Source: Octopus sinensis (taxonomy: Eukaryota). Taken from it: a stretch of 64,000 nucleotides of DNA. Within the stretch, counting starts at the first letter, position 1. Each line of letters begins with the position of its first letter. The translations under genes and the position numbers were made by a program. The notes beneath the pieces are model-generated. The model saw only the letters and a list, made by a program, of their open reading frames with translations. It had not been told where the DNA came from and searched no databases. Shown here one piece after another: positions 36,540 through 50,339 of the stretch. The DNA is taken from contig NC_043005.1 of assembly GCF_006345805.1 (NCBI RefSeq), forward strand, positions 93,062,001 through 93,126,000, read 5' to 3'.

Positions 36540-36907
36540 GTATGAAAAATATGTAGGTGAATGCTCCGAGCCACAAACCATGTTACAGCCTTACATCCAA
36601 GACCAAAGAAGAGATTTATGGACACATTCCACCCATCTCTACTATTATTATACTTAATGCTTTGCTGACCACTCCTGAATAACAAATAGGCCATACTGGA
36701 TGTTATATTTTGGAGACTTGCACACCCCAGTTGAGGCTGTGGTGGAAACTGTGGAAAGCTCTTTGGAGTAAATTGTTCTGTCCTAGCCATAATCTTTTGC
36801 TGGTATTTTAAAACTTTTTTTCAAATCCTTTTTATTTTTGGATGAGATCTTGTGTTTTCTTCTGCTTTTGCTGCAAACTCTCAAATTTAGCCCAAAACAC
36901 ACCGTAC
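36540..36907 (+). mobile_element. Heavily decayed Tc1/mariner (maT-like) 3' end
   Basis: NAPSHK (cf. QDSAPSH) and VEAVVETVESSLE* (cf. LEAVVEAEGGYFE*). Terminal AAATTTAGCCCAAAACACACCGTA resembles the TIR at ~53765-53788. Confidence 0.55.
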
Positions 36908-37539
36908 TTGGTGTGCTTTCAAGATATAGAGTGATGTTCTAGAGTTCTATGAATGAGGGGTAAATTGTCTATAGCCATACGTAATTAATGACTAATATCT
37001 TACTGAAAATTAATTTCGTCTGATATTCCTCTTTTTTTTTTCCTTCTTTTTCTCTCTCTGGTTTCACTTATTGGAATGTAGCCATACTGAGTCACTGCAG
37101 GCTGAAGGCATTTTTAGTCAATCATTTATCGACTCCAGTGCTTCATTCAGTCTTATTTTATCAAACTCTTTTTATCAATTAAGTTACATATTTCGCTGAA
37201 AGGGACACAATGCAATGGACCAATTTACACAACTTCTCGCTCTCTCTCTCTCACACCCACTTGATGAACTTCCACACAATTTCATAGTTTCCTTCTACCA
37301 AATTACACTCCCCAAATATTGACAAAACCAGGGCTACAGCAGGAACTCCTCAGAAACAGTGAAGAGAACCTAGAACCACGTGGTTGTGAAGCTAAGATCT
37401 TAACTGCACACTTATGATTGTATATTACAGTTGTGATGAGAAATACAATACCCAATGACAAGGTCAGTCAGCCAACCTTGATTTGTTATTACAGAAGTAG
37501 GATATAGATTAGTATTGATTTTAATCAGATACACTTTGG

Positions 37540-37742
37540 CACAAAACCAGAAATATTGAGAAGTGGGGCAGGTTGATTACATGGAACCCAGTATTTGACT
37601 AGTACCCCATTTTATCAACCTTAAAATGATGAAAGGCAAAGTTGACCATGGCAGTATTTGAACTCAGAATATAAAAAAACTGAAAGAAATCCTGTTAAGA
37701 ATTTTGTCCAACATGTTACCAACACTGCCAGCTCACCGCCTT
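37540..37742 (-). mobile_element. tRNA-derived SINE, family A
   Basis: Reverse-complement match. Confidence 0.75.
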
Positions 37743-37779
37743 TGAGTAGTGAATCCAAAAGAACAAGAAATCAACACAT

Positions 37780-37975
37780 CATCATCAATATTTAATGTCT
37801 GTTTTCCCTGCTGGCATGGTTTGGATGGTTTTCTCATAAGATGGCAAGGGACTGTGCTGCCATGCTCCAGTGTCAGCTTTGGCATGGCTTCTATAGGTAG
37901 ATGCCCTTCCAAATGCTGAACATTTCAGAGTGTACTGGGTGCTCTTTATATGATATGAAGTACCAGTGAGGTCAC
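37780..37975 (-). mobile_element. RTE LINE 3' tail fragment
   Basis: CATCATCAATATTTAATGTCTGTTTTCCCTGCTGGCATGG...GATGCCCTTCC. Confidence 0.7.
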
Positions 37976-38229
37976 CAAATTGAAGGAGGTAGCTTTCTGT
38001 TCAGTAACGGACAGTTAAAGTGTGATGGAGAGACAGAAACAGGTATGTTTCTGTCAAAATAGGTATCTTCTCCAGTTGTAAAAGAAATACATTGTTATTG
38101 GATTGATTCCTCAGTTTTTCAGGAATTTAGAATTATTTCAAAAACTCTTCTTTCATAAGCTGACACACAGATATAGGGATGTGCAATACTCTTTTCTCAA
38201 ATTCAGATGCTTCGTAGAATTACTTTATC

Positions 38230-38416
38230 TTAACCCTTTTGTTACTCTTTATATCTCTTGAAATATTCTGCTTCTTTTTTTTTCAATTAATTTTGGAAGT
38301 AATGAATAATTTAGTAAAAATTTTGATCGAAAGTTTTAGTCTAAATCACTTTTAAACATGAAGGTTGTATCATAGAAGGGGATTGGGGTCTCAGTCAGGT
38401 TGGTATGAACAGGGTC
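38230..38416 (+). mobile_element. MITE family M1
   Basis: TTAACCCTTTTGTTAC start and shared core. Confidence 0.7.
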
Positions 38417-40856
38417 ACAGGAGAGAGTGATCTGTAAACAGTGCCTTGGGGCTTTTCAAATGTATTGATGATAATTCTATAATTCTTGATGGATAAATAT
38501 CAAATCTGAAATGGTTTAATGTTTCTTATTTGTGTTATCGACATTATCAGATATTGTTGATGTCATCATCATACATGTCCCCCTTAAAATCCATTAATTT
38601 CATTGTTTTTTTTTTTCCTCTCCACTCCTTCTGTTAACTTCTAAACAATTAGATCCCTCCCTTTGTATCTTCCAATGAGTTTTCGCATGCTTATATGGTT
38701 GGGTTGGATGAGAGTGCAAATTTTGACAAATACAACTGTTCTGCATAGTTGTCGTGTCTATTGTTTGGTTCCAGGTAAGACTTAAAAAAGCAGACCTCTG
38801 ACAAAAAAGCATTTTTGTTGTGACCCCCCCCCCCTTCCATCTGGGCATAATTTATCTTAAACGGCATCCTCTGATATATCCTTCTGTTTTATTACAAAGA
38901 AAGTAAGGTGTGATTTGAGACAGAGAGAATTATAATTGTTATTTTTTCTAGTCAACCCAGCAATCACATGGAGGCTCCATGCGATTTGTAGTCTTTCCAT
39001 TGTGCTGGGTATTTTATTTGCCAGACGGACACAAATGGAGGAATGGCTCTTTGACCATTTTAAGCATTCAGATTATCTCATAGCTTTTACTTTTGAAGGA
39101 CCTAGTTGTTTAGTTTTAGATTGACATTGACAGATAGGTGTGAGAGGCTGGATCTGGTTGGCTTGAGCATAAAACATGTTGAATATATGGCTGCTTTAGA
39201 AGGTAAAGGGTTAAAGTATAAGCTACATGAGGCAGACATTGAAGCCATGGTTTGTTGATATTTCTCCCCTTCTCTCTTCATATTAATGATTAATATATTG
39301 TGAACATTAAAACAAATGTAATTCTAATTAAATAGGTGTGCTTCTGTACTTGCATGTGAGCATTTGAGAGTTAATTGTGACATATTTTTTTCTTTGTTGA
39401 ATAGGAAAAGGTGTAGAAGTAATTGTTTATGAATTGAAAGTCTCATAACCATGGTTATTTACTTTAACTTTATGGGCAACTCATTTATCTAATTCTCCAT
39501 CATTTATCTAATTCTCCGTACAAGAATGGTTTCCTAAACACGAAAGTAAATTATTACTAATATCTATAATGAGAGTTTCCATTAGAAAGAGCTAATTGAT
39601 TAGTTATAGCTTATTGACAAGTTTTAAAGGCAATGTAGATAGCTTGCCACCGGAAGTGTCCTTAATATGGATCCTGTTGTTAGGGAGACACGTAATTAAT
39701 CACTTTTCCCATTTCTTTTTTTTTTTCTGACAGCAGAAAAATTGAAAAGTGGTTTTACTTAAAGTTTGAATGAATCTGTATCTTAGATGAAAATTTAAAA
39801 AAGACCTTGTTTTATTATTTCAATTTAAAATTTTGGTATTGTTTAAAAAAGCTTAGAGTGGGAACATCAAGCCTGCTTACTGAATAATTATAATTAAAAC
39901 TTCTAAAACTTTTACTAAAGTTTGGAATTAACAAGACTTCCTTGTTCAATAGAGTTCCTCTTTCATCCAGTGAATTTTGTTTGATCTACTCCCAATCTAA
40001 ATGACTTAATTGTAGTATAAATTAGCTTCAACACTCATTATTGCTGCAGTCCTCTTGGGGCAAATCTCTCTCTCTCTCTCCACAAATCTCATCCCATACT
40101 CCACCTCTCATTTTCATATTATCTTTCTTCCATTCTCTCCCCTTTTCTTTTTCATGTCTCTTTATTCTTGGCCCGCTCATTTGTCTTCTTTCTCATCCTA
40201 CTTTTTCTTGTTTTCCATTTTCTCTCTATCATTAAAAAAAAAAGAAGAAAAAATCCATCAAGGATATTTTCAGGTTAATTATTATAAAGAATCATGATGA
40301 AGTTTTCTTGTTTATTTATATTAAATGGTAGTTTTTCTTGAAAATAATGAGGCTGTCGGTGGTGTTGGTGATGCTGATTAGGCCAATGATGGATTTCAAT
40401 ATGGTTTAATGAGTCAAATTACCAAGTGTCATGTAATTTGCAAGCAGGGTAAAATTTTTCATTTTCCTCTGACATTCACAATGTAATTTTTACAGCAGGT
40501 TACCATTGGATGTTAGTCTGATACTTACTCACACACACACGTGTATGTGTGTGTACACATGCATATGTGAGTATTCTTCTTGTTTTAATTGTTTACCATT
40601 CTTTTTGCAAGAAGGAGATGTTTTCTAACAATGAAACAAACCTCCACTGTGGAATTAAGATAACAAAAATGATAAGTCTTGCATAGTTTTATTATCTTCT
40701 TTTACAGATTGTCTTTGAGTTCTTCTTTGCTGGTCACTTTCGTTGCCTGAAAATCTTGACTTTCGCAGATTGTCTCTTCAACATTTAGCAATATAGTTAT
40801 GTGTAATTATTTTTAGTATGATAATTATAAATGTGAATTTATATTGTGATAAACAG

Positions 40857-40965
40857 GCTGCAGGTTTTGAAGCAGTACTTCATGAATATTCTCCCCACCA
40901 ATTTTCGAAGCTGACCTCCCCACCCCCATACCAAATGATTAAATCACCTGTTGTGTTTGGCCCAG
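40857..40965 (+). CDS. Putative 109-nt exon (AAGFEAVLHEYSPHQFSKLTSPPPYQMIKSPVVFGP)
   Basis: Acceptor tgataaacag (weak pyrimidine tract), donor CCAG|gtaact; only phase 0 open. Confidence 0.35.
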
Positions 40966-41264
40966 GTAACTGTTTTGATAGGAATATTCCACCAATATTC
41001 CTTAGGTTGATATTTGTGTATTCAATAACGGTTGTTTTTCTATGGATGGCATTCTATATTTTAGCAACCTCATCATGCTTTAATGGACAGACATATTCTT
41101 CACAGAAGTGTGACTGTGTTGAAATTTTCAGTTGTGTATTGAGTTTTTAAGGGTTTCACTGTCTCCCTTTTTTTGATATTTGGGAGGTCATCAGAAAGGG
41201 GGTATTTGTTGAAGAGTTTGCTGCCATTCCATAGAATGTTCTACTGGATATATTCTTTTATTCT

Positions 41265-41650
41265 TTTACTTGTTTCAGTCATTTGACTGCGGCCATGCTG
41301 GAACACCATATTAGTTGAACAAATCGACTCCAGAACTTATTCTTTGCAAGCCTAGTACTTTATTCTATCGGTCTCTTTTGCCAAACCACTAAGTTACAGG
41401 GGCGTAAACACACCAACATCAATTGTCAAGTGATGATGGGTGGGGGGAAACACAGACACACAAGTATATACATACATATATATATACATACACATGATGG
41501 GCTTCTTTCAGTTTCTGTCTACCAAATCCATTCACAAGGTTTTGGTCGGCCTGAGGCTATAGTAGAAGACACTTGTCCAAGGTGCCATGCAGTGAGACTG
41601 AACCTGGAACCATGTGGTGGGGAAGCAAGTTTCTTAACACACAGCTACAC
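41265..41650. mobile_element. Two tail-to-tail SINEs: family C (41265-41455) and family B (41495-41650, minus)
   Basis: TTGACTGCGGCCATGCTGG...AAATCGAC (reverse of a tRNA-like head) also at 43195-43380; family B core reversed. Confidence 0.7.
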
Positions 41651-42104
41651 CTATCATTGTCATCATTATCATTGTACACCTGTTTTCCACCCTGGTTTGT
41701 GTTGAGGGTTGAAAAGGAGACATTGAGAATCTGTAAAGAAGATCTTTAAAAGAAAAGAAAGATTAGTGGAAAGGGTAATGGAGGTGGGCTGGGAAGGGAG
41801 AGATGAGTGAGTGCTGAGGTGGCAAAGATTTTCTTTTGAATAATGAACACGACTAATCATTCTTTAATCAAAATTTTATTTTTATAATATTTTCCTGAGT
41901 TAGTTGCTGTGTTCTCGGAATAGTAAAGTTGCTAAAGCCATCGCCTTCTAGACATCTGTGCTCCCATCTTCAGTGAAGTGATGTTGTTGTGTGTTCTTGC
42001 TTCCTCATACTAGGCAAAGCTTCTGTGACTAATGTAGACATCAGCACCGAAATCTGAAGTTTTGTTCATTAGATTTCTATGTCTTTATTCATTTACTGCT
42101 ACAG

Positions 42105-42123
42105 GAAATTCTGTGTGGAATTG
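42105..42123 (+). CDS. Putative 19-nt mini-exon
   Basis: tctttattcatttactgctacag|GAAATTCTGTGTGGAATTG|gtatgt; continues the frame of 40857-40965 (GNSVWN). Confidence 0.3.
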
Positions 42124-43194
42124 GTATGTTATTTGCAAATGTGAAAGTTCTAAGCTTCATGGCTGTCTCTGTTATTTCAGCCATCTGGGAACAGCACTCT
42201 CTTAGCAGCTCATCAAGCACTTACAACAAAAAGCAATTGTTATGGACTAAATGACACAAAACAAAACCTGCTTGGAAAATGCTAATGAACAATACATGTA
42301 TCCCATACAGAATTCCTCACAAGAGTAGATAATTAATTATGGAAGCAGTACTCACAGCACAGTACAATGTCAAGACAATTATACACTAATCACAAAGCTA
42401 AACATTTGATGATGATGTAGAAAATCTAATGAACACTAATATCTACACCAATCACATTGACCCTGTCTATTTATAACAGGAAGCAACATACACTATCATC
42501 ACTTCATCTTGAAGATGAGACTGTGAAGATTTAGAAATGTTGAAAGGAACTTTATATAGTTCCAGAGAAACTGTAACTCTGGTGGAAGCATGACTGTGAA
42601 ATTAAGAACTTTTCTCTAGTGTTCCATCCTACAGTGTCTTCTATTATAGCTTTGGGCTGACCAAGTCGAATTCAGCAGATGGAAACTGTTCTGAAGCCTC
42701 TATGGTGTTTTATGCCTCTCGTAAACAAAAGTCTGTAGCATAGCTGTTTCTTATGTTTGATAAAGAAATATTGTACTTGAACAAGCAAGAGTTGCTGACT
42801 GAGGAGACATCTAACTCATGCCATCTTTAAAAAAAAAAAAAGCATGATGAAGAGGATGATGATGAACTTATAACTGAGTTTGCCATTTGAAGGCTGTTCC
42901 TGTTGGCCTTTTTAAGAGTATGTGAATGAAGGCAAGCCAATAGGCCACCATCTGAAAGACTATATGTCTGCCCATCATTTATTAAACATTGTCATTCTAT
43001 TGATAGCTCTTAAGAAATATTTGTCTGTACAAAAGGCCAATCATTTTGATTCTGTATCAATTATGTTGATTCTGTACAGCATTTAACTGGAAAGTGATAA
43101 TAAGTATGTTGAAACAACTGCGCTAAGGACATCATCTTCATTTTGCAGCTCATTAGTAAGCAAGGGTCAAAGTTTATTGAGTCAGCATCTTTGA

Positions 43195-43830
43195 TCTTTT
43201 ACTTGTTTCAGTGGTTATACTGTGGCCATACTGGGGCACCACCTTGAGTGGTTTAGTTGAACAAATCAACTCCAGCACTTATTTTACTAAGTCTGGTACC
43301 TATTCTGTTTGCCTTTTTTTTTCCAAATTGCTTTGAGGGATGTAAACAAACCTACACTAGTTGTCAAGTGGTGGAGGAGGCATATCACGTGATCACATGA
43401 CTGGCATTGCAGTCAGATGTTACACATCATTGATCACAATGAGCTTTTGCATTGTTTTTACCTTCAACTGATGCCACCCTGCTGGCTAGGTCAGCAGGCC
43501 AGCTTCCTCTCCATCCCCAAACACAAGGGGGACTGGAGCAACATGAAATGAAGTATTTTACTCAAGAACACAATGTGCCACCCAATCAGGGAATTGAACC
43601 CATAATCTAGCAATCGTGAATGCAACAGCCTAACCACTAGGCCACAAAAGCACATACACACGGGGCTTCGACACAGTTTCTGTCTACCAAATTCACTCAT
43701 ATGACATTCATTGGTCCGGTACCCTAGTAGAGTACCCAAGCAGAGTACAATGAGACTGGACCCAAGCAGAGTACAATGAGATTGGATCCAAAACTACAAT
43801 GGCTGCAAAACGAACTTCTTAACCACACAG
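43195..43830. mobile_element. SINE cluster (families C, E, B), including a 26-bp tandem duplication near 43735-43790
   Basis: Matches to the other copies; ACCCAAGCAGAGTACAATGAGA(C/T)TGG occurs twice. Confidence 0.65.
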
Positions 43831-46033
43831 CCAGGCTCCTGACATCCATCTCTCCTTCTCTCTCTCTCTCTCTCTCGTGTATGCACATACACACAAACAC
43901 ACACACACACACACATATAGATAAGGGTCTCCATTTACAAAGGTTAACCATGTATCTGCAAATGTCTGTTGAGGCCTGGGCAAGACTTGAGGGCAAGTCT
44001 GGCAGTTGCCCATGCTTGTAAATCTCCACAATATCAATTCTTATCCAAAGAAAAGGTTGCCAACTTGGGTCAGTACAGCTTTGGCACAATGTTATCAGAA
44101 CAGAAAGGTCGAGAACAGATACCACAAGGCATCTTGCTGGACCCTCCAACACTTCCACCTTCGATTGCTGTTTTTTGTGAGGTGGGTGGGCTGGGTTATT
44201 TTTGTTTTTTTTTTTGTAGTGACCCTGGAAAACTGAAATGCAAAGTGAACTGTGATTTGAACTGTGAATACAGTGAGTTAGAAAATACCACAAGGCATTC
44301 TATGAAACTGTTATGAGACTGTCAATTCACTGCATTATGTAAGATAAACAGAATAACACATCCAGATGAAAATGTTTGATCAATTGGTTTCATCTTCAAC
44401 TGGATTCATCAGTGGATTGAGTGACGAGATGACCGAGAAGAGCTGATTGTTTAGAATAGCACCGAGTTTACTTTCGGATGGTCAGATGGTCTTTGGCACC
44501 AGTTTCCATTCATCATACTCTTCAGGACAGTATATCACTCAGAGGAACTTGGTCATGTAAATTGGCTGGTCAAAATATTTTGCTTAGATTTTTTTTTTTT
44601 TGTAGTTGGATGGCAAATGGTATGGAATGGAGTTTCTTTATTAGACAGAGATCAGTATTTTGATCTGCCCTTAAAATGTTGGTACCTTATCCCATATTGA
44701 AGGAAATTTTTGGTCCAAACAAGTAATTTTGTTCACCTTACATGTGATAAACAAATCTCAAGTTTTTCTGTTTTATTGAATGCATTCAGCACTTCTATGT
44801 TTTCATATCACAGAATAAACAGAGGATATGTGTATATAATGAATAAACTCTTCTACAATATGTGTATTGAGTAATTTTATATCCTGATTGTGAATCCCCA
44901 AATTAAACATTTGTATGTGTGCTGTATTAATGCTTGTTCTTGCTGCTTTCATTTGTATGACTTTTCACTTGAATATTTTACATTTCTTTGTTTTGACAGG
45001 GAAATGAAATTATTGCAAAATACCTGCCTTCATTAGAAGAAAAACAGATGATTGGAAATTCATTCATCAGAAACCGTTATTCTCCTCTTCTGTCTCTCAC
45101 AACTCTCATTCCTTCATTTTTACAAACTATTCAAATGAGCTCTTTATGGCAAACATGCTATTGTCGTCATTTGCCAGGAGGCATTTGTTAAAGAAGAAAG
45201 TCACATGATTTATGACATCAGAGGATCCAGTCCATACCAGCACATGGGTATTGTACAATTTTTTCAAATTTCACTTATTGTTTCATATCCCTCCCCACCA
45301 CTTCTGTTGCTGTTTATCATGTTTTACATGTGTGTTGTGAATGTGCACATGACATAGAGGTTTCAGTTAACTTTTAAATTTCTCAATTAAAAGTTGCTGG
45401 CCTTTTTTTTTGTTTTGTTTTTATGTGGAAAGGAGGAGGAGGAGGAGAGCAATTGTTTTGTCAACATTTTGTTCAATTACAGTTTTAGATTAGCTCTTGC
45501 ATGATGTTTTCAAAAGCAGCTCTATGATTTTGGCGTGGATTATAAAAAACAAAGTGTCGCTTTATAAATTAATTTTTTTTTACTCTCTATATATTATGAT
45601 TTGTGTTGGTGGCAGTGAAAGGAGATGGTTTATAATATGTATTTTATGAGAATACATTCTTGCTCTTCGAATATGTTGCATCTAATTTACTGTTGAATTT
45701 GTTTCTATATTCTCTGTTTCTTTGAAGAGTATAAACAACAAGAGCAACAACAATACTCTTTTAATGTTCATATTCCATGCTGACATGGGTTAGAGACTTT
45801 GACAAGTTCAAGGACTGCATCGTGCTCTAATGTCTTCAGCTTTGGCATGGTTCTTACAGTTGGAGGTCCTTCCTCACATCAACTGCTTTACAAAGTATAT
45901 TGGTTTTTTTTTTTGGTTTTTATTTTGTGGCATCAGCACTAGTGAGGTCACTGTGCAGGTTGCAAAACTAAGATTGCCTTTGATTGAGTGGGTCCCCAAT
46001 AGAAAAGAAGGTAACTTTATACTAGATAAGATG

Positions 46034-46256
46034 TTAACCCTTTTCATACCAACCCTTCTGAAACTGCCTCTGGCTCTGTAGTACAAATGTCTTAAGTTCT
46101 GAATTAAAATCCTTCCACCAAACCTTAGTCACAATTTATGTTCCTAACACTTGCGTAATGATAACAAAGTTATTTTACTAAATTCTTTGTTATATTTAAA
46201 ATTAATTGAAAGAAACTCAGAGTATCTCAACAGAAATATGGTAACAAAAGGGTTAA
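46034..46256 (-). mobile_element. MITE family M1, intact
   Basis: TTAACCCTTTTCATACC ... GGTAACAAAAGGGTTAA; TTAA at both ends. Confidence 0.8.
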
Positions 46257-47561
46257 CAGAATGAAAGGAGGAAGCAGAATAGATCAAATTCTTTGCTGTT
46301 GAGGAGGAGGAGGAGGAGGAGGAGGAGCTATATGGCTACTTACATTTTAGGAGAGTAGATGGGAATAATCAGAATGGTGCTGGAAAACATGATAAAGTTG
46401 AGATGTTAGGGTGGATGATTGCAGGTCAGTGATGGATTGACCAGAACTTTACAGCATAAAACAAAATGCTTTGTGGTATTTAGATACTGCTCATTACATT
46501 CCAGGTTCAAATTCCATCAAGGATTTATTTTGTCTGTTATCTTTCCAGGATCAATAAAGTACCTCTCTAGAACTGGAGTCAATATTATCAACTGTTCCCT
46601 ACGCTTACGTTTCTAACCTTGTGCCTTTGTATAAAAATTGCAATTTTGTTACTGGTCTTGCTTCATGTTTCTTATTTAAACTCTGCTTGGTTTAGCTTGT
46701 TTCTTGGCTACTTTGACAAAGAGAATTTGTTTGCAGTTGATTACTATCCCATCATGGATCAAGATTTCTTTCATATTTTAAACATTACAGAAACTGCAGC
46801 CATGTACAAGCAGTTTAAGTTAAATTATGATCGATATATACATCCTTTCAGTTGTTTCTCATTGAATAAACCTGACTGATTTGTGTTTCCAATCCATGGT
46901 CATTCAGTAGAGGACTTTCTAGATTCTCTCTGCAAACCTTTTCAGAAAATCTCAACTCTTTTTGTTTTCCATTGGACTTAGTGTTCTTTCTTCTAATTAT
47001 GACGATCTTCATCATCATGTGTTAGCTCTATAGGTTCAATATGATCTCTAATGAATTTATGAGGAAATAGAATAAAAGAGGTACTTGGGATGTGTAATTG
47101 TTTTGTATGAGATACAGAAAGTGAAATTTATATTGAACTGGAGGAGCATGTACCTTTAGTGGTATGCAAGGAAAATTGAGGGTTTCTAAAAAGACTGCAA
47201 TTTTGAAGTGTTCAGGAACTAAACACAACCTATGAGTCTAGAAAATGTGAGGAAAGCCTTCTGCTCTTCCCATTCACATATCTGTGTACAAGGGTTTTCA
47301 ACAATGTTTATAGCCCGAAGCAAATTGCATGTAAGGCTGTCACTTGAGAATGATATGAGTTACTTGCTGGAAAGAGCCAAGCTCATTATTCTCATTAGAA
47401 ATGTTACTATTAACTGAAAGGTATTTGTTAAGCATTTGTGGGACGAGAGCAATTGATTGTATCAATTCCAGTACTTGGCTAGTAATTTATTTTATTGACC
47501 CGAGGAAGTTGAAGGCTGGCCCGCAGCAGGATTTGAACATAATAAATTAAATAACGTTATA

Positions 47562-47792
47562 TTAACCCCAGCATCACCATATTTCTATTAAAATATAAAA
47601 CTTTTGTTTCAATTAATTTTGGAAATAGTGAAGAACTTAGCCAACTAATTTTGTCAAAATTAAGCTTGTTTTTGGAACATAAACTTATATGGAACTTCGA
47701 TGGAAAGGTTTAATTTAAATCACTTTAAATGATTAAGTTTTATATCAAAGAATGAAAGAGAATCTGCTGAAAGTTGATATCAAAAGGGTTAA
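47562..47792 (+). mobile_element. MITE family M1
   Basis: TTAACCCC... to ...AAAAGGGTTAA; shared core. Confidence 0.75.
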
Positions 47793-48825
47793 AAACAAAT
47801 AATACATGATTGTCATTTGTTCTAGGGTATTCAGCTGTTTTACTCTATAATATTTGCATGGCATATACCACCAACACTGCCGAAGGATATACCAGCAAGA
47901 AAAAAGAAATTGAGAAATCCTGCATTAGAGAAGGAGAGATGTTTTGACTGTTTCCTTCTCATTTGTATTGATGTGTCTGACTCTGTGGAATGTAATATTT
48001 TCACTTGAAATTATTGAAGAACTTTTATTTCTTCTTAGTTTTCGCTCTTTGTCAGCTGTTGCCATAAGATATAGGCCCAAGATGTTAGAATGTTCTCATA
48101 ATTTCATTCGTCATCGAAATACTATCATCGTTTTTGTTATTGTGATATTTATTGTTTTTATCTTGTTTCCTTTTCTCTTTGCTAAATATATTGCTTCCAC
48201 CCCCCACCCCCCCCATTGCAGCTGTTTAGCAGTTTTGTGTGTGTGTAGATACATTTCTAATCATATCTCACCCAATCTCAAGTGTATATACAAATATAAC
48301 AACACAATGTTTGTATAAGTTTTTTTATGGATATAAATCTTTGAACTTATTCATTGAATTCTTTTTCTCACATTTATTTATTTCTGGATTTTGTTTCGTT
48401 TTTCTTTTTTACTTCTTCTTTTCCTCCTTAACATTTACATTTGTTGTTTTCAGTTTGGCGATGATATTTCCATTAAGATCGTTTTATTTTGCTAAATGCT
48501 TTACAGAAATAGCTGCTTCACCTTAGCTATTTGGACTTAGTTCTAAGAATATTCTTCTATTTATAAACTCCAAAGCTGATTAGAACATCTCCGCAAGCAA
48601 TCTACATATTTTGTCTCCACTATCTCTAAATATAATTTGTTATTGAATGTTTTTTCAATCAAGAGGTTAGTTTTTGTCAGAGATATCAGAGGCTACCTCT
48701 AGGCTATTATTTATTTAGTCTATATTTGTTCACTCATTAAAAACAATTTTCACATTATCTCTCTCTCTCTCCCCATCATCCTGCACTTACTCACTCACCT
48801 CTCTTTCTCTCTGTCTTTCTCTTTC

Positions 48826-48856
<31 letters not shown>

Positions 48857-49440
48857 ATGTATTTTTATATGTATGTGAATGTGTGTGTATATAGACTGAT
48901 AGACACACATACACATTTTTTTTTTCTCTCTTATTGTTAATTGTATAATAAACTATCTGCTGCTGCTGCATTCCCTATTTTTCAAGTAAGTAACCTGTAT
49001 TGGTTTTGGGAGAGGTTTCTCTGTAGCCGTTTCAGCTGTGGCTATTTCCCACCATGTTACTACTGCTTGGTGAGCAACATTCTAACGTGTACATGTCAAC
49101 TGAATGTTAGCTAACTTGTAAAGGAAACAATATTTGTTTTCTGCTGAAATCACTTTGTTAGAAATGGTTTTTAAGTTGTCAAACCATGAGAGAGACAGCA
49201 GCTGAATGTATGAAGTTTGTACTTTACAGCTTGCTATGAGTTTTCTTACACAGCTTGTTTGTTATGTGTCTTTGTGTATTGAATCTGGTCAACTTGTATT
49301 AGAATACCCATGCAAACTCTTTTTGTCAATGATTCCTGACTAATTTGTAACACTTTAAATACAAAAACAATATTTAATATTCATTTTACCTTTACAACTA
49401 ACATATTAAAGTATCTCTTCTTTATTACCTTTCATAGATT

Positions 49441-49815
49441 CAGGTGTAGCTGTGTGGTTAAGAAGTTTGCTTCCCAGCCACATTGTTTCGGGTTCAGGCT
49501 CACTGCATTACACCTTGTCTTCTATAACCATGGGCCAACCAAAGTCTGGTGAGAGGATTTGGTAGATGGAAATGACATGTGAACATGCACCTGTGATAGT
49601 TGTAAATGAGCATCACTGTCTTACAAGTGATGTCTTTTGTTTCCAATTTTCCATGAAAACTTGCCTGTCCATGGGGGGTGTGGGTGGAATATTACCTGGC
49701 TTGGAAACAGGTGAGGGTTAGTGACAGGAAGGGCATTCAGCTGTAGAATGTCTGCCTCAATAAATTCCATTTAACCCAAGGCAAACTTGGAAAAGCAGAT
49801 ATTAAAACGGTAATG
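49441..49815 (+). mobile_element. tRNA-derived SINE, family B
   Basis: GTAGCTGTGTGGTTAAGAAG...CGGGTTCAG head; GAAGGGCATTCAGCTGTAG RTE-like tail. Confidence 0.8.
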
Positions 49816-50339
49816 GTGACGCCTACTCTGTTATACACTAAACCAACTACTACAATTAATTCTGCTCAAAAGACTAGACTTGGTTATTAAATTCTGAAGT
49901 AATTAACCACAGTCACTGAGTAGATCATAAATAACAAGATTACAGTTTATTGTTGAAGGTCTTACAACTATGATACATATGTAAGGTTTATAATATTTAA
50001 GCAATAAAACATTTTATTTACATTAAAAATACTTTGTGTGTGTGTGTGTATAGTTTATTTCCAGTCAATCTGTTGTACTCAATGCATTGACGTATCATTT
50101 GCTGTGGCTCCTTTTAGGTTTTAATTTTCTTCAGTACTCAACCTTAGTCGACCGTAGCCAGATTCATGCATCCCAACAATGATTTTATTCACTTTCAATT
50201 ACTTAATGATAATTACTCAGGGTCTTGGAGGTTATCATCATTTAGTGTCTGCTTATAACAGTTCTGGATTCCCAAGTATAGTATCTGGAATGATACAACA
50301 CCATCACTTAATATCCGCTTGTCCATGCTTGTATGAGTT

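Noticed and set aside
36536-36790. ORF starting MARTEQ..., superficially like histone H3 (MARTKQ)
   Set aside because: Similarity stops after a few residues, and the opposite strand carries Tc1/mariner motifs.
44300-47420. Codon-like segments (44330-44600, 45000-45190, 46707-46879, 46900-47420)
   Set aside because: They are interrupted by stops in all frames or are terminal-only. No family could be recognised, so they are not called.
47944-48526. Hydrophobic ORFs resembling membrane proteins (also 54669-54851 and 60460-60786)
   Set aside because: T-rich low-complexity DNA yields F/L/I-rich translations, and there is no splice or homology support.
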